A stretch of DNA of 64,000 nt, taken from an uncultured Poribacteria bacterium. GTDB taxonomy: Bacteria; Poribacteria; WGA-4E; WGA-3G. The notes under the pieces are model-generated. The model ran no database searches. It saw nothing but the letters and a program-made list of their open reading frames with translations, and was not told where the DNA came from. The stretch covers positions 288,001-352,000 of the forward strand of contig OX638351.1 of NCBI GenBank assembly GCA_951813565.1, written 5' to 3'. This document shows, one piece after another, positions 1-9,625 of the stretch. The number at the start of each line of letters is the position of its first letter. Position 1 is the first letter of the stretch. The translations under genes were made by a program, and so were the position numbers.

Positions 1-2
1 TG

Positions 3-2645
3 GCTTTTCTCATATTACTACTCAACAGTGCATATTTATTCAGTTTTGGTGAACCCACTCTTTTCTACATTTTAAACATCCTTTTCCATATTGGACTCGG
101 AATTCTTCTCATAATTCCGTTCACTGTCTATCTCTATCAAAAATCAAAAAACATCTCATACATTGGACGTATTGGCATTTTCGGGTTAATTGTTGGTATC
201 ATTAGCGGCGGTTATCTGATGGTCGTCGGTGCGACTACGTCGTATCGCTGGCTTCTCATTTCACACATTATCAGTATAAGCATTGGAAGTCTCCTTTTTT
301 GCATTCACTTGTTGAAGGACAGTACTAATCTTTCACCAATGTTCAAAAAAGTAATTGTTGGCGTATTAGTTGGGGTTGTGTTCTTCCCGATTGGCGCAAA
401 ACTTTCGCAACGCTATTTCCCAAATGCGGAGTATCTCGTTAAAAATCCTGCACTTCCACCAACAAGTATGTACGAGGAAGGTGGCGGAACAACCGGGCAC
501 TTTTTCCCAGCATCCGTTGAAACTGAAACGGGGAACCTGATTCCGACAGATTTCTTTCTCACATCCGAGACTTGTGCCACAAAGGGGTGTCATCCCGATA
601 TTTTTCGGCAGTGGAACGAATCTGCTCACCATTTTTCTTCTTTCAATAACCAGTGGTACCGAAAGTCAATCGTCTACATGCAGGAAGTGAACGGCATTGA
701 ACCTTCTAAATGGTGCGGAGGATGCCATGATCCAGCGATTTTACTCAACGGTATGATGGATAGACCGATTGAGGAAAATCTGCATACGCCTGCTGCGCAA
801 GCTGGGTTAGCCTGTACCGCATGCCACTCTATTGAAAGCGTAAAAGATACAATGGGAAACAGTGGATATGTGATTAAATATCCACCTTTGCATGACATAG
901 CCTCAAGCGACAATCGTATCATCCGAAGTTTACACAATTATCTCATTCGTCTTGACCCTGAACCACACAAAAAGAGTTTTCTTAAACCTTTCCACCGCGA
1001 CAATACAGCAGAATTTTGTTCAACTTGCCATAAGGTGCATCTGGATTTTCCTGTCAATAATTTCAAATGGGTACGTGGTTTTAACGATTATGATCAGTGG
1101 CAAAAAAGTGGTATTTCCCAGCAAGGTGCACTCTCATTTTACTATCCCGAAAAAGCTAAGAAATGTGCTGATTGCCACATGCCGCTCGTAGATTCTACAG
1201 ATGCAGGAAATATCAACGGTAAAATTCATAGCCACCGTTTTCCTGCTGCGAACACTGCACTCCCCTTTGTAAATAAACATGAAGAACAGCTCCAAACCGT
1301 AATAGACTTTTTGCAGAATGATGTAATAACGTTAGATATGTTTGCGAATGGTATGCCGATTCCAAAAAACGGAATTGAAGTGACGCGAGGTGAAGACCCT
1401 CTCATTGAGGTTGTGGTGCGAACGCGAGGTGTCGGTCATCAATTCCCTGCTGGAACAATTGATGCATTTGATATTTGGCTTGAGGTGAAAGCCACCGACG
1501 AAAACGGAAAAATTGTATTCTGGAACGGCAGGATCGATGCGCCTGATGGAAACGGACCTGTCGATCCGAGCGCGCATTTTTATCGTGCTTATATGTTGGA
1601 TGCACACGGCAACCTAATCAATAAACGAAATGCGTGGGCAATGCGGACTGTGCTGTATTCACGTACTATCCCACCTGGTGCTGCCGATACTGTTAGGTAT
1701 CGCCTGGAAATTCCATCCGATTGTGGAGACACTCTCTTCGTAGAAGCGAAACTGAATTATCGTAAATTTAACTGGTGGCATACGCAGTGGGCTTATGCTG
1801 GTGTTCGTGACCCCGAAGATACAGATTTTCAAGTGGATAAAGGCTACGACGATGGTAAGTGGGTTTGGACAGGCGATACATCCGATGTTGCTGGTAAAAT
1901 CAAAGCTATTCCGAATCTACCAATTACTATGATGGCAGAGGCAAAAGCAACGCTTCATGTGATGACATCATCACAAAATATGCCGAAACAAAAAAGAGAA
2001 GTGGCAAATGCGCGTGAACGTTGGAACGATTACGGCATCGGACTTCTCCTACAAGGTGATCTTAGAGCAGCGCAGGGAGCTTTTAGGAAAGTAACCAAAA
2101 TTGACCCTGACTACATGGATGGGTGGGTGAATATCGCACGATGTAACATCAAAGAAGGGGATATGCGCGGTGCCGAAACTATGCTTGACAAGGCGTTTGA
2201 GATTCAGAAAACATTGCCTTCAGAAAGCCTACATCGCGCAAAGGTTAACTATTTTTATGCCCTCGTTCAAGAGTCTTATGGAAACTATGACATAGCAATT
2301 CAGCATCTCCAACTTGCTGTCTCGCAATTCCCCCGTGATACCCGTGTTCGTAACGAATTGGGACGCATGTACTTTCTAAAACGTGAGTATGAATCTGCTT
2401 TAGGACATTTCCAGAAGACGCTTGAGGTTGATCCGGAAGATGTGGATGCACATTACAATATGATGCGGTGCTATCGCGCACTCAAGAATCCTTCTATGGC
2501 TGAGAAATCACAAAAGCTATACCTACGATTTAAGGCGGATGAGTCCGTTGATGCAATTACTGGCATTGCTCGTCGCGCTGACCCTGATGCCAATAGAGAA
2601 CGGCAGCCAATCCATGAACACGTAAATAGTTATTTCACTGATTAG
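3..2645 (+). CDS. Membrane-anchored multiheme c-type cytochrome with C-terminal TPR repeats (5' partial)
   Basis: Frame is open from position 3 (AFLILLLNSAYLFSF...), so the gene starts before the window. Hydrophobic N-terminus; CGGCH, CTACH, CSTCH, CADCH plus CATKGCH; TPR-like helical repeats at the C-terminus. Confidence 0.8.
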   Translation, partial: AFLILLLNSAYLFSFGEPTLFYILNILFHIGLGILLIIPFTVYLYQKSKNISYIGRIGIFGLIVGIISGGYLMVVGATTSYRWLLISHIISISIGSLLFCIHLLKDSTNLSPMFKKVIVGVLVGVVFFPIGAKLSQRYFPNAEYLVKNPALPPTSMYEEGGGTTGHFFPASVETETGNLIPTDFFLTSETCATKGCHPDIFRQWNESAHHFSSFNNQWYRKSIVYMQEVNGIEPSKWCGGCHDPAILLNGMMDRPIEENLHTPAAQAGLACTACHSIESVKDTMGNSGYVIKYPPLHDIASSDNRIIRSLHNYLIRLDPEPHKKSFLKPFHRDNTAEFCSTCHKVHLDFPVNNFKWVRGFNDYDQWQKSGISQQGALSFYYPEKAKKCADCHMPLVDSTDAGNINGKIHSHRFPAANTALPFVNKHEEQLQTVIDFLQNDVITLDMFANGMPIPKNGIEVTRGEDPLIEVVVRTRGVGHQFPAGTIDAFDIWLEVKATDENGKIVFWNGRIDAPDGNGPVDPSAHFYRAYMLDAHGNLINKRNAWAMRTVLYSRTIPPGAADTVRYRLEIPSDCGDTLFVEAKLNYRKFNWWHTQWAYAGVRDPEDTDFQVDKGYDDGKWVWTGDTSDVAGKIKAIPNLPITMMAEAKATLHVMTSSQNMPKQKREVANARERWNDYGIGLLLQGDLRAAQGAFRKVTKIDPDYMDGWVNIARCNIKEGDMRGAETMLDKAFEIQKTLPSESLHRAKVNYFYALVQESYGNYDIAIQHLQLAVSQFPRDTRVRNELGRMYFLKREYESALGHFQKTLEVDPEDVDAHYNMMRCYRALKNPSMAEKSQKLYLRFKADESVDAITGIARRADPDANRERQPIHEHVNSYFTD

Positions 2646-2766
2646 GAATTGATTGAACCACGAAGTGAAATAACGGTGCTGGGATTATTCTTGTCAAAAT
2701 TATAAGAGTATGTTAGTATCTCTGCATAGTTGATTGCCTTTCATACATTAAAATAAGGAGACGGAT

Positions 2767-3189
2767 ATGGCAGTATTTCTACATACACGGGTTCGCGTCA
2801 GCGACCTTGATAACTCTATTCAATGGTATTGCGACCATTTGGGGTTCAAAGTTTTGAGTCGGAGCGATAAATCCCCGGCAGGTAACCAAATTGTGCATCT
2901 TGAACTTCCGGGCAATGCACACACATTGGAGTTAACCTATTCACCCGATTTTGATCTTCAGGTACAGGAAGACCTGATGCATTTTGCTATCGGTGTTCCA
3001 GATATTGTCGAATTTTGTGACGGTTTGGAGAAAGCTGGATTAGAGATTTGGCCGGACGAGTGGCGCAAACAGTTTACTTCCGGTGGCATGAAGATGGCGT
3101 TTATTACCGATCCCGATGGATATGAGGTTGAGTTGTTGGAACGGAAAGATACTTCGGGCGACCCGCTTGATGTTCTTGAAGAATCCTAA
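2767..3189 (+). CDS. VOC/glyoxalase family protein (lactoylglutathione lyase-like)
   Basis: HTRVRVSDLD..., LELTY, HFAIGV, FITDPDGYEVEL motifs; AAGGAG RBS upstream. Confidence 0.85.
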   Translation: MAVFLHTRVRVSDLDNSIQWYCDHLGFKVLSRSDKSPAGNQIVHLELPGNAHTLELTYSPDFDLQVQEDLMHFAIGVPDIVEFCDGLEKAGLEIWPDEWRKQFTSGGMKMAFITDPDGYEVELLERKDTSGDPLDVLEES

Positions 3190-3231
3190 TCTATCTTTAA
3201 ATATAGAGATCCGTTTGTAAGCGCGCCGATT

Positions 3232-3507
3232 TATAGTAAACCTATAATTAATGGGACACTTCTGTAGCGCAAACTTTATGAAGATTAAAAAATAAATTCG
3301 GTATTTTCCTTAGTCCCGTAGGGACGATATGTTTATAGAAAACGTTGCGGACACGCTCTTTAGTCCCGACATATTCAGAATATACCTAACAAGAAATTAC
3401 CGAATTAAAAAATTAATCTTCATAAAATTTGTGCTACAACTTCTGTTGTCCGTTATGTTTCCAAAATAAGTTTATCAAGCGTCCCAATAATTTCAAAGTT
3501 CACTATA
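3232..3507. mobile_element. Composite (nested) MITE/REP structure
   Basis: Outer imperfect TIRs TATAGTAAAC..TGGGAC / GTCCCA..TTCACTATA; inner about 33-bp IR pair 3276-3308 / 3393-3425; REP-like GTCCCGTAGGGAC core. Confidence 0.65.
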
Positions 3508-3517
3508 AAATGAAGTT

Positions 3518-4333
3518 TTAGGCATAAGGCCAGAACTGATTCCACGCTGTCATCCAATCTTTTGCGCGGCTCTCAGCTGTGACGGGACCCGTTATTTCAA
3601 CGCCTGGTCTCCCTTTGAAGTCAGCAAGTTTATCTACACTGGAAACTTCAATTTTGATTGTAGTGGGTTGAGCAGGCACATAAGGACGAACCCTTGTTAA
3701 ATCTGAGAGAGCATCTTTGGTTGCGTCTTCTATCATTTGACGGGCACGAACTGGTGGGATTTGTCTTGCGCTGTACCGGCTGAGTCCTTTTTTAACGGCA
3801 ACAGTTGGCAGCGTGTCCCCGAGCAGTTCTTTAGCTTCCCTACACACTGCAGTATCACCTGTGACAAGCACAATCGGAACGCCAAAATGCCCGTTAAGCG
3901 CTGCATTTACACCGGTTTCCCCTACAAGATCATCGTTGAACCAAAGATTCCGATATTGGACGGTAGAAATAGTATGGCACAGCACACCATCGGGAGTACC
4001 ACTTCGGGCATGCATCCCGATGAGCAAACAAGCATCGCACCCATCTTTCCACATGTCGTCAAACCGTCCCCATCCGTGGTGTGCCACCCATTCACAATCC
4101 GGATGTATTTTGTCTGGGATAAGCGAATTAAATGTCCAGCCTCGCCCGGCACCATGGCAATCAACAACGACGATCTCCGTAGCACCAGCAGCTTTAGCAC
4201 CGCGCACCGCAGCGTTAATCTCTTCAGTGTAGAGAAGTCTGCCCTCTTCAAACATCGCAGCGCCGCCATCAACTTGATCCCATACAACGATGCCGCTTAC
4301 GCCCTCCATATCAGACATAATCAAAACTCGCAC
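3518..4333 (-). CDS. M55 family D-aminopeptidase (DppA-like)
   Basis: SDMEGVSG, DCHG, IGMHA, LCHT and ETGVNA motifs of peptidase M55. Confidence 0.88.
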   Translation of the reverse strand: MRVLIMSDMEGVSGIVVWDQVDGGAAMFEEGRLLYTEEINAAVRGAKAAGATEIVVVDCHGAGRGWTFNSLIPDKIHPDCEWVAHHGWGRFDDMWKDGCDACLLIGMHARSGTPDGVLCHTISTVQYRNLWFNDDLVGETGVNAALNGHFGVPIVLVTGDTAVCREAKELLGDTLPTVAVKKGLSRYSARQIPPVRARQMIEDATKDALSDLTRVRPYVPAQPTTIKIEVSSVDKLADFKGRPGVEITGPVTAESRAKDWMTAWNQFWPYA

Positions 4334-4486
4334 AGTTCTATTTCCTTCTTTGTATTAAGTTAGTGTGTTTTAGTTTGAGTATAAATCAGTTGCTGTTAAA
4401 TTGCAAGCGCAAATTGGATCAGTAAAGTTAGGATACGGTAGGGATGGCAAAAGAATTGTTTATACAGCAGAGCAGTAAGGATATGA

Positions 4487-5875
4487 ATGAATAAAACACG
4501 GGGTGATTTGACTCAAGGTAGCCTGCTACGCCATCTGTTACAGCTTGCAGTGCCGATAACGTTCGGTTATATTCTCCAAGACACATTCAATATTGTTGAT
4601 ATGATTTTTGTTGGCAGATTAGGGCCAGCTGCAATCGCAGCCGTTGGGGTAAGCGGTAATTTGTTAAGGTTAATTGCTGTTTTTTCGCTCGGTATCTCAA
4701 CCGGTGCGGGGATTATGGTGGCACAATACTTGGGAGCAAGGAATCACGCGCAAGCCGGACACGTGGCAATGCAGGCAATTCTATTAGCATTTTTCTTTGC
4801 CATCGGTATCGGTATTGTCGGCTACCCATTAGCAGAATTTGGTTTACGGGCTGTCCGAACAACTGATCTGGAGGTGATACAACTCGGCACAACTTACATG
4901 CATATTATTCTTGTTGGTATCAGCACGATGTTTTTGTCAATGACACTTGGCTCAATATTCCGTGCTGGTGGTGATGCTATTACCCCGATGGTAGTGTTAA
5001 TTTTATCCACGTTGATTAACATTGTACTTGATCCGCTGTTAATTTTTGGACTATGGAAATTCCCGAAACTGGGTGTAGCAGGTTCAGCTTACGCAACGCT
5101 CATTGGCAGAGGCATCGGTGTCATTATTCTACTTTTTCTATGTTTCAGCGGACGCGCCCCAATATCCTTACGAAACGTACAATTTCGCTCTGATCTCGTA
5201 GAAATGCTTGACATTTTACGATTAGGCATTTATAGTTCTATGCAAGGTTTCTGGCGACATTTATCTCGCCTCGGTTTCCTGTGGGTTATAGGTCCCTACG
5301 GCAAATATGCAGTTGCTGCCTATACCATCTGCATGCGTCTCCGAATACTGGTAATGAACCCAGGTTTTGGAATTGCGAATGCTGTTGCCCCTGTAGTCGG
5401 ACAGAATTTAGGTGCAAATCAGATAGAACGCGCAGAAAAATCGGCTAAAGTGGGAAATATGTTAGGGACAACGGTTATGGCAGGTATTGGTGCGCTTTTC
5501 CTCATTTTTCCGGAGATGTTTATTCAGATTTTTACCAATGACTTAGAAGTTATAAAAATTGGATCTGTTTACCTTCAGTTTCTATCGCTCACATTTGGAT
5601 TTATAGCATTTTCCTTAGTATTGGGCAAAGCACTTAACGGTGCAGGCGATACCCTTTCACCAATGATTATTACCCTCGCTGCTCAGATGGGAGTCGGTTT
5701 AGGGCTTGTTATTTTATTGTCACATTATATCGGGCTGAAAGGCGTTTGGATCGGAATTGCACTTTCAAATGTAGTACAAGGTGCAGCTATGTGGCTTTGG
5801 TATCGAACCGGAAATTGGAAAACAATAAAGATTGTCAAAAATGGTAGAGGAAATGCTACCAGAAAGGTGGTTTGA
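4487..5875 (+). CDS. MATE family efflux transporter
   Basis: LTQGS, D.IFVGRLG, G.GDA.TPM, NIVLDPLLIFG, GQNLGA; about 12 TM segments. Confidence 0.92.
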   Translation: MNKTRGDLTQGSLLRHLLQLAVPITFGYILQDTFNIVDMIFVGRLGPAAIAAVGVSGNLLRLIAVFSLGISTGAGIMVAQYLGARNHAQAGHVAMQAILLAFFFAIGIGIVGYPLAEFGLRAVRTTDLEVIQLGTTYMHIILVGISTMFLSMTLGSIFRAGGDAITPMVVLILSTLINIVLDPLLIFGLWKFPKLGVAGSAYATLIGRGIGVIILLFLCFSGRAPISLRNVQFRSDLVEMLDILRLGIYSSMQGFWRHLSRLGFLWVIGPYGKYAVAAYTICMRLRILVMNPGFGIANAVAPVVGQNLGANQIERAEKSAKVGNMLGTTVMAGIGALFLIFPEMFIQIFTNDLEVIKIGSVYLQFLSLTFGFIAFSLVLGKALNGAGDTLSPMIITLAAQMGVGLGLVILLSHYIGLKGVWIGIALSNVVQGAAMWLWYRTGNWKTIKIVKNGRGNATRKVV

Positions 5876-5877
5876 AA

Positions 5878-6714
5878 ATGGCGTACAAAGGTTATGAAAA
5901 CCCTCAACTCGTAATTTCAGTTGAGGAATTGAAAAGCAATCTTGACGATGCAACGTTTTGTATCGTTGATACACGTCCGACGCATGAATATCAACGCGGA
6001 CATATCCCAGGCGCGCTTCATCTTGATCTGTTTGGGTTGAGCCTCATCAATACCCGCAAAGAGACATTTGATACTTTTATGTGGATGATTGCTTACCTGT
6101 TTCAACAACGAGGTCTTGACCACGCTAAAACAATTATATGGTATGAAAACATTTCAGGAACACGTGCCTCACGCGGATTATGGTTTTGTGAGTATTTGGG
6201 TCATTCTGATGTCCGTTTACTTGATGGCGGTTTCAAAGCATGGGTAGCCGCAGACGGTCCGGTCAGCACTGAAGGCGTTGAACCGCCTGAAGTGCCACAA
6301 TTTCCGATAGAAGCAAAACGTAGTATACACATGGATGCGGATGTAATTCGTGCATCACTAAACCAAGAAGATTTCATTTCCTTGGATACCCGTACAGATG
6401 ATGAACACTACGGGAGGGTTGCTCGCGCTGAACGCGCAGGTGCAATTCCCAGTTCTATCCATATAGAGTGGCTCAAAAACCTTGATGAAAACGGCGCATT
6501 TAAATCCGCAGATGAACTCAAGCAAATGTATGAATCAGTTGGGATCACGCCTGAAAAACAGGTAATGTGTTACTGACAGGGTGGTTACCGCTCTTCCCAA
6601 ACCTATTTGGCGTTGCGGCTTATCGGTTATCCGAAAGTAAGCAACTACATTGGGTCTTGGAAAGAGTGGGGAGACCGGCTGGATTTGCCGGTTGAAATAC
6701 CTAAGGAAAAGTGA
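5878..6714 (+). CDS. Tandem-domain rhodanese/sulfurtransferase with in-frame TGA (6574-6576) at the catalytic Cys position; probable selenoprotein
   Basis: GHIPGA and LDGG motifs in domain 1, GAIP in domain 2. After ...VMCY-TGA the same frame continues [40 protein letters not shown], the rhodanese C-terminal signature, to a stop at 6712-6714. ATG 5878 follows the AGAAAGGTGG RBS. Confidence 0.82.
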
Positions 6715-6748
6715 GTTTATAGTAAAATCAAAATATGTGTACATTCTT

Positions 6749-6837
6749 GGTAGGTTCGGTGAATCAACGCCAAATACGCCAAATGCCATACGCGCATTTG
6801 GCGTATTTGGCGTATTTGGCGGGAAACCGAACCTACC
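6749..6837. repeat. REP hairpin (GGTAGGTTCGG...CCGAACCTACC) interrupted by a 60-bp palindromic insert
   Basis: Related uninterrupted hairpins at 43059-43086 and 61757-61781; the insert contains 9-nt CGCCAAATA/TATTTGGCG iterations. Confidence 0.7.
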
Positions 6838-6856
6838 GCCCCAGCTAATAGAGCGA

Positions 6857-7594
6857 TTAGGAAAATGTCTCCACAAAATTAGTGCAAATTTCAGCCACTT
6901 TTGCTGGACATTCGTGCGGCAAATAGTGCCCCGCATTAGGCACCCATATCAACTGAATATTTGGATTAGTTGGAATTCTCAACTTCTGCTCAGTTGATTC
7001 ATTTTTACCCATACCACCAAATACCTCATAGATAGGAATGCATGTTTTTTCAAGGTAACTGTAAGCATCATAATTTTTGACAGATGTCCAAAAACTTCCC
7101 CAGACATTTGGTGTAAAACGGTTTCGCGTCTTTTCAGCTTTCCGTTGAATGTTTTTAATCTCTGTATCGGACAATGAACCGTAAAACCTTCCTGTGTCAA
7201 AAGCACTTCCTGCAGATGAGAGACTCGTCCACCCCTCAAGTAAAACGAGTCCTGCGATACAAGATGAACGCTTTGCAGCTTCCATTGCAACCATGCCACC
7301 AAGACTATGCCCAACAAGAATCAATTTTTGAATTCCAATTGAATTTACAAGGTGTAGGACATCATCAGCAAGGTTAGCTAATGTAAACAGTTGGGTGGGT
7401 ACACTACTCTGTCCATGTCCACGGAAATCAAGTGTTATATGACGTTGCTGGTGGGGTAATTGTTCAATAACCGATTTCCAATCCGATGAATTACATCCTG
7501 TTCCATGCAAGAAAAGCAGGGGATTACCTGAAACGCCAGTATCCAAGTAAGCCATCTTTCCCCAATATGCAATGCGTGTTGTTACGCTTGCCAT
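6857..7594 (-). CDS. Alpha/beta fold hydrolase
   Basis: LHG, DFRGHG, GHSLGG nucleophile elbow, AGHY catalytic His. Confidence 0.9.
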   Translation of the reverse strand: MASVTTRIAYWGKMAYLDTGVSGNPLLFLHGTGCNSSDWKSVIEQLPHQQRHITLDFRGHGQSSVPTQLFTLANLADDVLHLVNSIGIQKLILVGHSLGGMVAMEAAKRSSCIAGLVLLEGWTSLSSAGSAFDTGRFYGSLSDTEIKNIQRKAEKTRNRFTPNVWGSFWTSVKNYDAYSYLEKTCIPIYEVFGGMGKNESTEQKLRIPTNPNIQLIWVPNAGHYLPHECPAKVAEICTNFVETFS

Positions 7595-7605
7595 AACGGT
7601 ATTAT

Positions 7606-8808
7606 TTAGTGCAAAAATTGCGCATCTACGGTCTCGCCTGCATGTAAAGTCACGCCAGATGGAATGGTTATCAATCCGTTTGCTAACACAAGAGAATGGA
7701 GGATACCAGAGCCTTGCGGTCCCGTTGTTTTAGCAGTGTATTGCCCATTCTCTTCTGTAAGAATCGCACGCATATAATTTACGCGTCCATCTTTGTTCGT
7801 AATGTCTGCTGCTAAGGTAGCTTTGAAAGTAGGACGTAGTAGATCGGTGTGACCTGCCATTTTCAGAAGGGCAGGACGTACGAAAAGTTCAAAGACAACG
7901 AGTGAAGACACAGGATTACCCGGTAATCCAAAAATCGGTTTTCCATCTATAATACCGTAAGCCTGTGGTTTGCCCGGTTTCATTGCAACACGCCAAAAAT
8001 TCATCTTACCCAATTTCATCAGGACGTTTTTTACTATATCATGCTCTCCCACCGAAACACCGCCACTTGTAATCAAAGCATCTGCTTGCGAAAGAGATTC
8101 ACGGAAGATACGCTCTGTTTCTGATTCATCATCGGGCGCAATACCCATATCAATTGGGATGCCGCCAGCATTCTGAACTTGTGCGGACATACCGTATCGA
8201 TTGCTATCCCGAATTTTGCCGGGCATCAACGGTTCACCGAGTGGCGTAAGTTCATCACCTGTGGAGACAACGGCTACCATCGGTTTTCGATGCGCCCTCA
8301 CTTCTGCACAATTAAGTGAAGCAAGCATGGAAACTTCAGGTGGACGAAGCACTTTTCCGGGAGACATTACACAGTCTCCCTGTTTCACACTTTCACCAGC
8401 GAAGCGAACATTTTCGTTTTTCTCAACGTTTTCAAAGATTTTGACCTTATCCCCAATAAGTTCAGTTACCTCTTGCATCACCACAGCATCTGCTCCATCA
8501 GGCATCATTGCACCGGTCATAATTCGCGCAGCTTGTCCACTTGAAACATGTTTTTCTGGGGCATACCCTGCAGCGATAGTTTCAACAACTGAAAGCACAG
8601 CAGGATTCTTTTTAGATGCGTCCTTTACGTCTGTTGAACGGACAGCAAAACCATCCATCGCAGAATTGTCAAACGGTGGAATATTTTCAGTGGCATGTAG
8701 TGCTTCGGCGAGAACATAACCCGCACAAGCGAGAATCTCCCGCTTTTCTGCTGGCAAAACAGGGATAGTGTCTAACATTTGTTGACGTGCTTCTTCAACA
8801 CTTAGCAT
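7606..8808 (-). CDS. moeA: Molybdopterin molybdotransferase MoeA
   Basis: PPFDNSAMDGFA, IMTGA, STGDEL, TSGGVSVG, MKPGKP, LPGNPVS. Confidence 0.96.
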   Translation of the reverse strand: MLSVEEARQQMLDTIPVLPAEKREILACAGYVLAEALHATENIPPFDNSAMDGFAVRSTDVKDASKKNPAVLSVVETIAAGYAPEKHVSSGQAARIMTGAMMPDGADAVVMQEVTELIGDKVKIFENVEKNENVRFAGESVKQGDCVMSPGKVLRPPEVSMLASLNCAEVRAHRKPMVAVVSTGDELTPLGEPLMPGKIRDSNRYGMSAQVQNAGGIPIDMGIAPDDESETERIFRESLSQADALITSGGVSVGEHDIVKNVLMKLGKMNFWRVAMKPGKPQAYGIIDGKPIFGLPGNPVSSLVVFELFVRPALLKMAGHTDLLRPTFKATLAADITNKDGRVNYMRAILTEENGQYTAKTTGPQGSGILHSLVLANGLITIPSGVTLHAGETVDAQFLH

Positions 8809-8869
8809 TTAATTCGCTCCAGTCGAGTTTTATTTGATACATTCACAAGTAATTTAACTGATCCTCTCT

Positions 8870-9364
8870 TTATTTCGCATGTCCTATGAGGAGCACCGCA
8901 GCAGGCAAAGAAGTTTCCGCAGACTTACGATAAGCCCATTCAATACTAAATAGATCGTCATCAGATTCTAAAAAATAATACGGTAAATTCCATGCTTTGA
9001 GCGTCGGTTCGAGAAAGGCAGCTACAGAATCAACCCATTTTCCATCAGCATCACGATTATGATACCCACGATAGCCGATGAGGACGACAACAGGCACTTG
9101 CATATTTATAACAGTGCCACGGATTGCATCACCAGATTCTAAGAAGCCTGTATTTTGTATGATAATAACAGGTTTTTTGCCACCCACATACAATCCTGCT
9201 GCGATAGCGAATGCCTCTCCTTCGCGGGTTACCGTAATAACCTCAATTTCCTGATCTGCCCGTAATAGTTCGTAAATTCGCGCACTGCCGTTGTCTGGTA
9301 CGCCAACGGCATGGGTGATATTATGTTTTTTCAACGCATCTACAATTTTTTGTGCTGATGCCAC
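8870..9364 (-). CDS. TPP-dependent decarboxylase alpha (PYR) subunit, sulfopyruvate/phosphonopyruvate decarboxylase-like
   Basis: GVPD, TREGEAFAIAAG, IIQNTG, GYRG motifs; 164 aa. Confidence 0.7.
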   Translation of the reverse strand: MASAQKIVDALKKHNITHAVGVPDNGSARIYELLRADQEIEVITVTREGEAFAIAAGLYVGGKKPVIIIQNTGFLESGDAIRGTVINMQVPVVVLIGYRGYHNRDADGKWVDSVAAFLEPTLKAWNLPYYFLESDDDLFSIEWAYRKSAETSLPAAVLLIGHAK

Positions 9365-9429
9365 AAGTGTTCCTCACTCATGCAATTGGGCAGGCACACG
9401 TACCTGCCCTTATGAAATTAACTCACATT

Positions 9430-9609
9430 TATAGCAGATTTTACAATTAATGATACACTGTTGTTTGGTGCTTTTACAAGCGTTCCACAGTTTTAACCAT
9501 AAAGTCGCGAGCTGGAGCTCGCTCCTACAGGAAGAGACGTAAAAAATTACGCAACTACAAACGCTTCAACTTAAAAGAAAATGTCTACTTATTTTCCTAA
9601 TTCACTATA
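9430..9609. repeat. TATAG-ended MITE-like element with internal REPs
   Basis: Left end TATAGCAGATTTTACAATTAA resembles the 24689/48586 element end; right end ...ATTCACTATA; internal GCGAGCTGGAGCTCGCTCCTACA hairpin. Confidence 0.5.
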
Positions 9610-9625
9610 AACAATACATTCAACT

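Noticed and set aside
3737..4363. 208-aa plus-strand ORF
   Set aside because: Antisense shadow of the M55 peptidase gene.
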